NCBI GenBank assembly: GCA_001275005.1
Contig: JWZX01002894.1
Coordinates: 1-49,344, forward strand
Origin: Chrysochromulina tobinii
Taxonomy: Eukaryota
DNA length: 49,344 nt
Direction: 5' to 3'
Positions within the stretch are counted from its first letter, which is position 1; the number at the start of each line of letters is the position of its first letter. A program made the position numbers and the translations under genes. Below, piece by piece: positions 30,893 through 40,888 of this stretch. The notes below the pieces were generated by a model. The model made no database searches and was not told the DNA's origin. It saw only the letters and a program-made list of their open reading frames with translations.

Positions 30893-31603
30893 GACCCCAC
30901 ACGTAGCGCCCACACCCAAGAATGTTGGAGTGACGAGCGGATGCATGCAACTTGCAACAGAGAGGTGTGGTTGCGTGCTTATGACTGGGCTGGAGCTCAC
31001 ACTGGGCTCACCGTTACGTCCCCAGGTCACGCTGCGTGGAGCGTGCAATGCTGCACCCATCGAAGGCTGTTTCGTGCCACGCTGCGTGAATTTTGGGTAT
31101 CACATGTTCGCGCCAGAGCGAGGCGGTGTGCGTAAGGTACGCCAGTCGCGCGATACCCACGCAGCGTATTGAGTACGTCAGTATTGAGCATGTTTTGCCT
31201 TATTTCGGTATTATTCAATGCAGTTTGACAGGGTTGGCGTTAGATTCTGATAGAGTTAAGAGTACCGTGTCGTCCGACTTCACCGCGTACGCTCGTCCGG
31301 TCCGAGTCGCGTGACGGTATCGAAACACGAAAGGCGAGCAGAGCAGCCATACAGAGGGGCGATATCAGAGAGGCCAGGCGATCGAAAAGGCCATCAGCAC
31401 CGGTGCGGACTGCACGAAATTTTCACACATAAAGGCAAACATACATAGAACTGTGAATTGATCCGTAGAAAATGCTTGCTTTCCGCCGTAAAGACAGACC
31501 GGGACTGCAGTCCAGGTGCAGTCCAGGACACCGCGTGGACGCCTATAACCCACGTCGTCCAACCCGTGACCTGCCCTCCCACCCCGCAGCGCCGACCGAC
31601 GAC

Positions 31604-32351
31604 ATGGCCACCGAGACGACGAATCTGCACGCGGAGGTGCTCGCAGCGAATGCGGGCTACGTCGCCTCGTTTGGCGACAAGGGCAAGCTCGCGCTGCCTC
31701 CCGCGCGCGCTGCAGCATTCATCGTGTGCATGGATGCGCGCATTAACCCGGCCGCGGCCTTTGGGCTCGCCGAGGGCGACGCGCACGTGATCCGCAATGC
31801 GGGCGGCCGCGCGAGCGACGATGCGATCCGCTCTCTCGTCATCTCCCACAAGCTACTCGGCACAAAGGAGTGGTTCGGTGAGTAGCGGGGTGCGGCTGGC
31901 GCGCGCTCCGCGTCGTCTACGCGCCGCTCGGCCACGCGATATCCGCCGCCGTCTGAGCGCCCTCTGCACGGCCCCAGCAGCCACGCGCCGCGCTCACCTC
32001 GACCGTGCCCTGCCCTGCGCAGTTGTGCACCACACTGACTGCGGGATGGAGTACTTCAAGTCCGAGGAGCTCGCGAAGCTGCTCGAGACGTCGCTCGCGA
32101 CGGCAAACATCGTGCCCCTTGAGTCGGCACCCAAGGGTGTAACGTTCGAGAACGCGTCCGCCGAGGGCGGTTCGCACGATGGGCACGCCGTCCACTGGCT
32201 GCACATTGACGACCAGGAGGCGTCCGTGCGCGAGGACGTGGCGAAGATCGTGGGCCACTCGCTCACCGCGCCGGGCATCCCCGTTCACGGATACATCTAC
32301 CACGTCGCCACGGGCGCCATCCAGCACGTCGTGACGCAGGTGACGGCGTAG
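31604..32351 (+). CDS. Beta-carbonic anhydrase, clade D type (200 aa)
   Basis: Exons 31604-31877 and 32023-32351. Zn-ligand motifs CMDAR and [26 protein letters not shown] and GYIYHVATG. Confidence 0.93.
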
Positions 32352-33081
32352 TGGGGTAGCGCAGCCTCGTCTGCGCGTCAATTGCTGCGCGTAATCGACG
32401 AATCGTGGTGCGCTGGTGCCCCACGTGGATCGGGGGGGTTCAGGGGGTGGATCGGGGGGTGACGAGCTGGACGAGGCTACATCCGACGTGTCGTGCGCCG
32501 TCCTAGACGTGTAGAACGACACGCGGGCGCCCTCTCCATCACTGTGGAGACGCTCGAAGGCTCGTTTCCGCGTGTTGATTTGGTGTCAAGACGTCGCATG
32601 CGACGTCTGGAGCAGGTGGTAGACATTTGAGCCGGCGCCGCGGCCCCTACCATCGGCGTGCAGTGAATCCTCTGGAATCGCCACGGTTCTGTGGTCGGCG
32701 CATCGGGCCGTGTTCATGGCCGATGGCGAGGGGGTCCAGGCAGCAGCCACATCTCAGTGCTGTGGACGATCCGAGCAGGCAGCAGCAAGAGCAACCTGCT
32801 CGGTTGTGTACTCTTACGTTCAGTGTCGCGTAATTATTTGCAAATATGTACGGCTCATTCCAAGAACACCTTCAACGCACCTCAACATCCATCACAGGCT
32901 CACAGTTTTTTTGGACGACCCCGGCCACAGAGGTTTCCCCCACATTCACAATGAGAAAGGAGGGGCGGGCTCATGCGGCAGCATTCATGCTGCGGGTCAC
33001 TGTCTCTGCGAGACTCCAGAGCACCTCTGTCTGGACGTTCTGCACTGGCGTCTCTCCGGTGCACGTGCTCCGCTGTTGAAC

Positions 33082-34269
33082 ATGGAGTCAGCACCCCGCC
33101 ACGAATCACCTTTGCTGAGCAAATGCTTTCCAGGCTCTGCTCCAGGTAGATGGCATGGCAGCCGCGCGCCAGAATGGGTGATCGCATCGCCAGAGTGCCC
33201 TCCGCTGAAGCGGTACGTGTGGGTGGACCCGACCCAGTGCGTCAAACGGCAACCGTCGACTGTGCCCAACGCTGGACCGAGCAACCTGCCCTCGTGCGTG
33301 CAGCGCAACGACTCGCTGCTCGCCAATGGGCTCGCCAACGCTTCAGTGCTCATGGTCGGCGATTCCACGTCCGCACAGCTGCTCTGGCATTCGTGCGAGG
33401 CGTTCCGCGCGCGGCCACAGGCGCTGGTGGCCATCGACCCCTCACACGGACCGCTCAAGAAGTACGCGCACAGGCTGCGCTCGCTCGACAACCATGTGTG
33501 CGACCTTCCCACGGGCGCCGGGACCGAGCGGCGTGAGCACCTCGTGATCGGCTCTTTTTCCCACTATGGCGTGACTGGCCCGCCGTACTGGGCGTTCGCG
33601 TACCCGCTGCCGCCGTGGCTGAGCAATACGACCTTCGGGATGGTGCGCGAGGACATGCCGCGCTTCCGGCTTCATACGGTGCCGCCCGATTCGGACCCCA
33701 CAGTCGTGGTGGCGAGCTCGGGGTTTTGGGACATTGCGGCGTGGTGGATGCACGAGGGCAATTTCTCGAAGCGCTGGTCGCTGCCTGTGGACGAGGAATC
33801 GTCCGTCGCGGGGGCGGGCGGTGCTGGCGTCGCGGGCGTCGCGGGCGGCGCGGGCAGCGCGGGCGGCGCGGGCGGTGTCGCGAGCCATACGACACGTTAC
33901 GTGATCGGCGTCCATCGGTTAGTTCGCGAGCTCAGGCATACTTTCCCACACTCGACCATCGTGTGGCGGATGATGCACCCGGGCCTGAAGCACTCGATCA
34001 CGCCCAGGATCGTCGCGCGCCTGAACGCGGCCGTTCGGGCGGCCGCGCCCGCCTGGCGCCTGCCGCTGCTCGATGTAGAGCCGATGGTCGCTTCGCTCTC
34101 CAAGTCCGAGCAGCCGGGCTTTGGCGGCCCCGTGTATGGCACACAGGACGGGCGCCATCTTCACCCATGGCTCAACATCGCGCTGCTCAACGTGATCCTC
34201 AACGTCGTGCGCCACGTGAGCAGAGGCAAGCGCAAGCGCTCGCACGCCGGCCCACGTCGATTGCGATGA
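33082..34269 (+). CDS. SGNH/GDS(L)-like esterase or O-acetyltransferase (TBL/Cas1p-like fold); start uncertain
   Basis: VLMVGDST nucleophile motif, VVVASSGFWD and C-terminal DGRH (DxxH). The ORF is open from 32710, but the upstream part looks non-coding. Confidence 0.72.
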   Translation: MESAPRHESPLLSKCFPGSAPGRWHGSRAPEWVIASPECPPLKRYVWVDPTQCVKRQPSTVPNAGPSNLPSCVQRNDSLLANGLANASVLMVGDSTSAQLLWHSCEAFRARPQALVAIDPSHGPLKKYAHRLRSLDNHVCDLPTGAGTERREHLVIGSFSHYGVTGPPYWAFAYPLPPWLSNTTFGMVREDMPRFRLHTVPPDSDPTVVVASSGFWDIAAWWMHEGNFSKRWSLPVDEESSVAGAGGAGVAGVAGGAGSAGGAGGVASHTTRYVIGVHRLVRELRHTFPHSTIVWRMMHPGLKHSITPRIVARLNAAVRAAAPAWRLPLLDVEPMVASLSKSEQPGFGGPVYGTQDGRHLHPWLNIALLNVILNVVRHVSRGKRKRSHAGPRRLR

Positions 34270-34410
34270 GGGGCGATTCGGAAGTGCATGGGGCCGGAGC
34301 GCGGAGGCGCGCGCGCGCGCGCACCGCAGGATCTGTCGGGGGGTGGTTTTCAAAGTTGATGATCAGTTGTTCACACCTGATCTGCGACAGGAGCTTCGCC
34401 CTTCGGCGCG

Positions 34411-34851
34411 ATGGCCGTCTGCACGACGCTGCTCAGCTTGTGCTGCACAGCGGACGGCTTGTTGACGCATAGCCGTCCGCTTGGCACAACATCTCCACAG
34501 CTGTCGGCGATGACGGCGTCAAACGGCCCTCTCGCGTTCACGCCGAGCCGCCGTGCGCTGCTGCAGGCCTTTGCGACCAGCCCATTGCTGATGCCGTTGG
34601 TAGCGCACGCCGACGACAAGCCGGCACCGAAATGGATCAGCGGGAAGAGCGATCCTCTTCGGCCGACGTCCAAGGACAAGCCGGACGGTACCAAAAAGGA
34701 CAATAGGTACGTGTCCTGCCTCAACGATTGCGTGCCGCGGAAGCAGGGGCCGCCTGGGCCAAATCAGAAAGAGCGCGTGGACTGCCTCGACGAGTGCCAG
34801 GTCGAGTGCTGCGAGACCTACGAGCAGTGCACTTACACCATTCGCAAATGA
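34411..34851 (+). CDS. Small Cys-rich protein with signal peptide and twin-arginine thylakoid transfer peptide
   Basis: Hydrophobic N-terminus, then SRRALLQAFATSPLLMPLVAHA (RR, hydrophobic stretch, AxA). The mature part has 7 Cys (CLNDC, CLDECQVECC, QC). Confidence 0.72.
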   Translation: MAVCTTLLSLCCTADGLLTHSRPLGTTSPQLSAMTASNGPLAFTPSRRALLQAFATSPLLMPLVAHADDKPAPKWISGKSDPLRPTSKDKPDGTKKDNRYVSCLNDCVPRKQGPPGPNQKERVDCLDECQVECCETYEQCTYTIRK

Positions 34852-35105
34852 TCCTTGCATGCCATAAGAGCTCTCATCGCATGTCTTTCGTGCCGTACTC
34901 CCGCGGAGACCAGAGCAGTTCCGGCGTGTGTCGTTGCGGTCGTGACGGCGTCTTCGAGACCCATTTTACGTAAGTCACTACTTAAGAGTGAGCGCGATCT
35001 TACCGTCTCGTAGGCATCAACCCTCCCTTTTCTTTCTTCCCGGGCGCCATCCCAAGGCAGTGACGGCGCGAAATGTGCCTGTTTATCTCTGTCCGTTCCT
35101 AGACC

Positions 35106-36383
35106 TCAACCGACGATCAGTGCTGTCGAGTACGGGCCGCACGCCATGCCGACGACCTTGGCACCGTCGAGCGAGTGGGCGTTGACTTCGGCGAGCTCCC
35201 ACTGCTTGCGGTGCAACTTGGCCAGCGCGAGCGACGGACCGACGCCGTACGTGTACAGATGCCCACTCGCTGTCCGCAGGGCCAGATGGGATGCGCCTAC
35301 CTGCAGATCGACAATCTCGGAGCCGAGCTGGTCGGCGCCCGGGACGAGCGTCGGCTGGAAGAAGCGTTGCATGCCCCACACGAAGACGCGCCCGTCCTCG
35401 AGCAGCGCCGCCGTGCCCGACTCGCCGCACGCGAATCGCGTCGCCTTTGGCGTTGGCTTGCCCTCCTCCTGTGATCCGATCTCGATTGCGATCTCGACTG
35501 CTTGCGGCTCCTGCTGAGCATCGAAGGACTGACCCGAATTGAGAAGGCCGACGACCTCATACCCGAGCTGCCAGTGCTCGTTGCGCCCCCACGTGTACGC
35601 CATGCCGTCCACGCCGAGCACGCCCGTGTGCCCTTCGCCCGCCTGAGCCACGAGCGACGGCCCAAACGGGCTCTCTTCGCCCTCGAGGCGCGCTGGTGCG
35701 AGCACGCGTGTGGGCGCGAGGCAGTCGGAGGCGTCGCCGTGGCCGAGACGGCCCCACTCGCCACGCCCGAAGGTCCACACGCCGCCCTCGCGGTCGAGCA
35801 CCACTGAGTGGTACCCACCCGCCGACACGGTTGCCGCCGCCACACCCTCAGTGCCGTCCGGCCCGAAGCTGGCCAGCTTCGCGAATGCCTCGAGCTGCGT
35901 GCGGTTGCCGTGGCCGAGACCGCCCGCGCCGTTGAGGAGGGAGCCGCCGAAACCGCAGCTGTACACCTCGCCCGCCGCCGTCAGCGCCAGGGTGTGGTAC
36001 ATGCCGCACGAGAGCTGCGTCACGCCTTTGCCCGAGAGCGCCTCGACCTTGGTCGGCGTGTGCGCCTTGGTGCGCGCCGAGCCGAGGCCGAGCTGGCCAG
36101 AGCTCTCGAGACCCCACACGTACACGTCGCCGTCCGAGGACACGGCCGCGGAGTGGTACTTGCCGCACGCGACGTGCACGATCGGCGTGTCCTTGAGCGC
36201 CTCCACCAGCGTTGGGTTCTCGCGGTCCTTCGTCTCGCCGAGCCCGAGCTTGTGCGACTCGCCCGTGCCGCACATGTACAGCGTGCCCGCGGCGGGCGCC
36301 GCCGTCGACGCAGCGGCGCTGAATCGGCGGCGACCGACGCCGACGGCGAGCTCAAGCGAGCGTCGCGCGGCTGCACTCCACAT
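35106..36383 (-). CDS. RCC1-repeat beta-propeller protein with probable mitochondrial presequence
   Basis: Arg/Ala/Ser-rich N-terminus (MWSAAARRS...RRRFSAA); repeats VACGKYHS...VYVWG...GQLGLG, CGMYHT, AGGYHS and WGRN..WQLG. Confidence 0.9.
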   Translation of the reverse strand: MWSAAARRSLELAVGVGRRRFSAAASTAAPAAGTLYMCGTGESHKLGLGETKDRENPTLVEALKDTPIVHVACGKYHSAAVSSDGDVYVWGLESSGQLGLGSARTKAHTPTKVEALSGKGVTQLSCGMYHTLALTAAGEVYSCGFGGSLLNGAGGLGHGNRTQLEAFAKLASFGPDGTEGVAAATVSAGGYHSVVLDREGGVWTFGRGEWGRLGHGDASDCLAPTRVLAPARLEGEESPFGPSLVAQAGEGHTGVLGVDGMAYTWGRNEHWQLGYEVVGLLNSGQSFDAQQEPQAVEIAIEIGSQEEGKPTPKATRFACGESGTAALLEDGRVFVWGMQRFFQPTLVPGADQLGSEIVDLQVGASHLALRTASGHLYTYGVGPSLALAKLHRKQWELAEVNAHSLDGAKVVGMACGPYSTALIVG

Positions 36384-36557
36384 TCGGCGGCGTGTGGTTT
36401 CGTCGGGTTTACGCAGCCTGGTTTACCGTTACACTAAGTCCGTACGACGAGGTTGCGCCCCACCTGAAAGCTAGTTGAAGTAGTCGTCAGTCATCGAACG
36501 CCACGTGTTTGCTGGACTTTGCAGCCCGTCCGCAACGGTTGAGCCCGAGCACACGAC

Positions 36558-37066
36558 ATGGCCGCCAGGATGGCGGTGGTCCATAGGCCTTCTGGTGAAG
36601 CCAGTTTTCTGCGTGCCAAGAAGGCACCGAGCCTGGAGCCCGCGCCACTGAAGGCGATGACGGAAAAGGACTTTGATTTTATCAATCGCATGGACAGCGA
36701 CGTTGAGGGGCGCCGGCGGACCGCCTTCATGGAGCAGCTCAAAAAGGACCCGCGCTTCCGCCCCGAGATGCTGGAGCCTGCCAAGTCTAAGTTCCAGGTG
36801 CAACGCTGGCTCGCATCGGCGATCGCCTTGCGCCGCGTCCGCGGTGCTCACGCATCGCTCTCGCCATCTCTCTCTGTTCTGTGCAGACTGTCACGCTCGT
36901 GGGTGGGCCGATCGTCAAGACGCACAAGTCAACCAAGAACGGGTATGAGGGGCAGAAGCACAAGTGGGGGCCGCTCGGCGGCTGGTGCGCCGCCGTGCCC
37001 ACCACACCGCATCCACGCTGTGATCGGCCACAAGCTCATCGCCCTGCTCTGCGCCGCAGGTATTGA
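36558..37066 (+). CDS. Small uncharacterised basic protein (114 aa, 3 exons)
   Basis: Exons 36558-36797, 36887-36984 and 37060-37066 joined by GT-AG introns in a consistent frame; ends KHKWGPLGGWY-stop. Confidence 0.65.
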
Positions 37067-37534
37067 TCAAGGCATTCAACAGCAGCAGCAGCGCAGCAGC
37101 AGTCCTCTCGGTGTGTCGCGTCATCGTCGGGCGGATCTTTCACGGTGCAGTCTCTCCGTCTCAATTGGGAGGAAGTTGCGACTTGGGTCCCTTGACTTGC
37201 AACATCGACTATACAGAGATTGGGACGTCATGTTGCACGAGCGTCACTTGGCGGGCTCGGCGCTCGCGGGCTGGAGGGCACGTCTAGGGCACGTCCGGCT
37301 GATCAAGGGGTACGGTGTAGCCCTTTTCCCCTATACACATCGCAAAAAGAGTCGATCGGCTCTATAGTGCATCAACCTAGTTGACAATGATATATTATTC
37401 TTTTATTATTCTCTCAGCTGCGCTCCGGGGACCTCAACCGGTGTAGACATAAGGTCGCGCCCCCGGCGCAGCCGCAGGGCGCGCAGGAAACGCGTCACCG
37501 TCGTTAAGCTCGCAAACGTACCGTCACCGCGATG

Positions 37535-40472
37535 TCACGAGCGTTTTGGACGGGCTGACGGCCGGACGTGACGAGCGGGGGTGTTCGCCACCTTCCCGTA
37601 GCCACTCTGATGTTCTCGCAGGAGCCGACGCTCTCTCGCGTCGTCTGCAAGGCGCTGCAAATGACGAAGCTGGGCGGCTGTGAGTTCCACCGCCCAGGCG
37701 CTGAGGCGGTGGGCGGCGGAGCGGAGCGGCTGGCGGCGGCGGATCGCGCGCACAAAGCCCTCGAAGGCATGACAGCCCCTGGCGACTGCGGCGTGGGCTC
37801 TCATCCCGAGAGACCCGCCGAGCGTCGCAACAGCACCGCCGCCATGGATGTGACCGAAGCCCGCAACAGAAGTGCCGTGGCTGCGCGGCTTCGTCAAGCG
37901 CTCGCGCATGCTGCCGCCGCCGTGGCTCTGGCCGAAGCCCAGCCCGCCGGCGGCGCTGCCGGCGCCAGCGCCGTGCACGCCGCGCACGGGTGCCGCAGCG
38001 ACCGGCGCCGGGTGCGCGTGCCCAGGATGGCGCGCCACGAGCTGGACGAGGGCAGGTAGCAAGAGGGCAGGTAACAAGAGGGCGAGGGTGAGGGCGACGA
38101 GGGCGAAGCCAAGGGCTGGCCGGTGAGCGAGCCACTGGCGGATCGGCCCGAGACGGCGCGTCGCCTCGAAGGACACGTGGCGCGCGAGGCGCGCCGTCCC
38201 GGGCGAGAAGCGGCTCGTGCGCCGCGCGCGCTGCGCCTCGGCCTCGACCTTAGCGGCCTTGGCGGCCCTCTCAACCTTGTAGCGCTCCCGCTCGGCCGCA
38301 CGCTCGCATATGCGCTGCGTCACGGTGGCGCGGTGGCGTGTGCGCAGCGTGACGAGCGCCGTCTCGGGCAGAGCGCGAAGCTCGGCGTAGAGAACGCGCA
38401 CGAAGACGTCGGCGTCGAGCGTGTGTCGGTGCGGCTGCTTGAGGGTCGTGTAGAGCCCTTCGAACGAACCCGCGGCGCCGAGCAGTCGTGGCGCGAGCAG
38501 GCGCACGGTCGCGAGAGCCGCGGCGATGAGAGCGCGGGAGCCAACGGCGAATAGCAAATCCCACACGCGGAGCGCCGTCTCGGTAGGTAGCGCTTGGACG
38601 AAGCTGAGGAGGAGCCACTGCGTCGACACGAGCGACAGATCGAGCTCGGCGCGACGAAGCTCGCGCATCACCGCGCTCAGTGGCTCGCGCACGCCCACGA
38701 GCTCATCGAGTACTAGCGTGTCCACCTGCACGTGGGAGGGGAGGGGGGGGGTGGGTTTGGGGAGTCGGGCTGATGATGAGAGGGATTAGAGGGGAGGACG
38801 GAGAACGGCAGGGGGGAGGGTGGGTGGGGTCGGGGGTCGGAGGGGGGGTCAACGGCCGGCGGCGGCGGCAGCGTGACTTGGACGCCCATCATCGGGAAGA
38901 TGAGAGATGCAATCAGCGGCAGTCAATGGCAATCACCTGGACGCCCATCATCTCATCCGTATAATACTCGGGAAGGAGCCGCTCGGTGATCGCACAGAGG
39001 AGCCAGAAGGCCCCTTCCTCTCGAGACGCCCGACCGCCGCGCACCGCCACTCCTTCGGGCGGCATCACGAGCAGAAGCACCGCGGCTAAGAAATTCATGG
39101 ACTGTGTGTAGCCGATGACCGGGTTGCGCCGAGCATGCGCGACGAGGACACGCCGCAGAGCCGCGCGCCCGGCGGCCGCTGCGAAGGTCGGGTGCTCGGG
39201 AAAGGTCCTCGGCAGATCGAGATCAATCTGGTGGAGCACCTTCTCCTCGGCCGTCATGGCGGCCACCTTCCCCACTTGCGCCGCCTCCGCCGTGGCCGCT
39301 CTTGCCGCCTCGCCCGTCACCGCCTCCGCCGCCCCGGCCGCCCCGGCCATAGAGGGTCCGCTCGCGAGCGACTCATAATATCCAAGCCCCGCGCTGAGCA
39401 TAGCCTCCTCAGCCCCCGTCAGGTGGAGCCACAGGCGTGGTCGTAGCTCCGATGGGATGCCGTACGCCGCGGCGCGTGCCGTGTCGGCGCTGCTCAGCGA
39501 CAGGCGCGACACCTCGCCTCCGCCTAGCCCCATCCAGAGCTTGCGCTGGCGCTCGCGCACGAGCGTGTAGTAGCGCTTGAAGAGCTTGAACTCCGAATGC
39601 GCTCTCTCGGAGACGGGCACCGGGAAGCCGAGGCTGTCGTACACTACATCCGCGGGGCGCTTGCGGTGCGCGCTGTTGTACGCGCCGCCGCCAGAGCCGT
39701 CGGGTGCCGCCGCACCGCCGCCTCCGTCGGTGCCAGGAGAGCCGCCGTCGCCATCGCCGCTGCTGCCGCTGCTGCCGCTGCTGCCGCTGCTGCCGCTGCT
39801 GCCGCCGCTGCCGCCGCTGGCGCCGCTGGCGCCGCTGGCGGTGCTGCTGCCGTCGCCGCCGCCGTCGCCGCCGTTGCCGCCGTTGCCACCACAGCTGGTG
39901 AGGGCGAGCTGGCGCGGCGCCGGATTCGCCGCCTCTCCGTCCTCTGCGGCCAAGGAGCCTCTCTGCACGTGTGCCGAGTAAGTCAGTTGGAGCTCCGCAC
40001 TGCCGAGACGCTCGCCGTCGGAGCGCGGAGGGCCGGTGCCCTCCACGCGCAACCACGTCGGCACAGCGTGCTCGCTCACCTCGACGAGCTCGCAGTGCGC
40101 CACGCCGCACGCGAGCGACGACGTGCGCTTCACGCCCTCCGCGATGTGCTCGATGCCCAGCCGCAGCTCGACCACGAGTGTCACAGGCCACATGTGCAGG
40201 GGCAGCCAAAGATCCTCGGCGCTCTTCCACAGCACGCTGCCGATCACGTCGCGCTTCTCGCGCGGAGTCGTCTGCTGCACCTCGGGCGATCCAGCGATCC
40301 AGCACGCGCAGCAGACAGAGGGCGCGTCGCCATACGTGTCGTCACCCACGGGCAATAGGTTGGCGCAGCGCGTGATCCGCACGCGCAGGTATCCGTATAC
40401 TGGTGGCAGGCACCGTGCGAAGCCGCCGCCTTCGCCGCCACCGCCAAGGCATTTCGCGAGCGCTTGCTCCAT
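37535..40472 (-). CDS. TBC-domain Rab GTPase-activating protein with N-terminal C2-like domain
   Basis: Exons 40472-38937 and 38725-37535. GYLRVRITRCANL (C2-like), GIPSELRPRLW, QIDLDLPRTFP (Arg finger), IGYTQSMNFLA (Gln finger) and ETALRVWDLLF, followed by a coiled coil and a hydrophobic segment. The start and far C-terminus are uncertain. Confidence 0.88.
39753..39890. repeat. 9-nt coding tandem repeat (GCCGCTGCT variants) encoding a GSS/GAS linker of the TBC protein
   Basis: Directly visible. Confidence 0.9.
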
Positions 40473-40888
40473 CAAGTTTGGGACGCTTTCCAGGCTCGCC
40501 AAGAGCTCCAAGAGCGGCACGGAATGGTACCTCACACGCGGGCAGTCCGCCTCCCTCGCGGAGTCGAGCACAAGTTTGGCGCCTGCGACGACGCGTTACC
40601 TCTTATGGTGTGCTCGCTCCCTGAGGCGACATGTGCTACGTGGATTCATCTCCATTTCATCGCGAGGCTTCGACACACATGCATGCGTCGGACATACTAC
40701 ACTGATACAACGGGGCACCCAAGAGCCCGCTCCAAGCTATGGCATAGGCCCTATGGCCGACCAGCACCTGCCCAGCCCCAAGGCCGCTCGTCACCAATTT
40801 CCACGTCTTCCCCACGTATCAAGCATCGTCCCTCGGCGGCATCTTGCCACCCTGTTGCAGAGAGGCAGACTGCACGCGTGATCCACTT

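Noticed and set aside
29240..31060. Long antisense or alternative-frame ORFs (606 aa here; also 184-1125, 5259-6404, 10163-11278, 13464-14738)
   Set aside because: Shadow ORFs expected from high GC3 coding sequence; no recognisable motifs.
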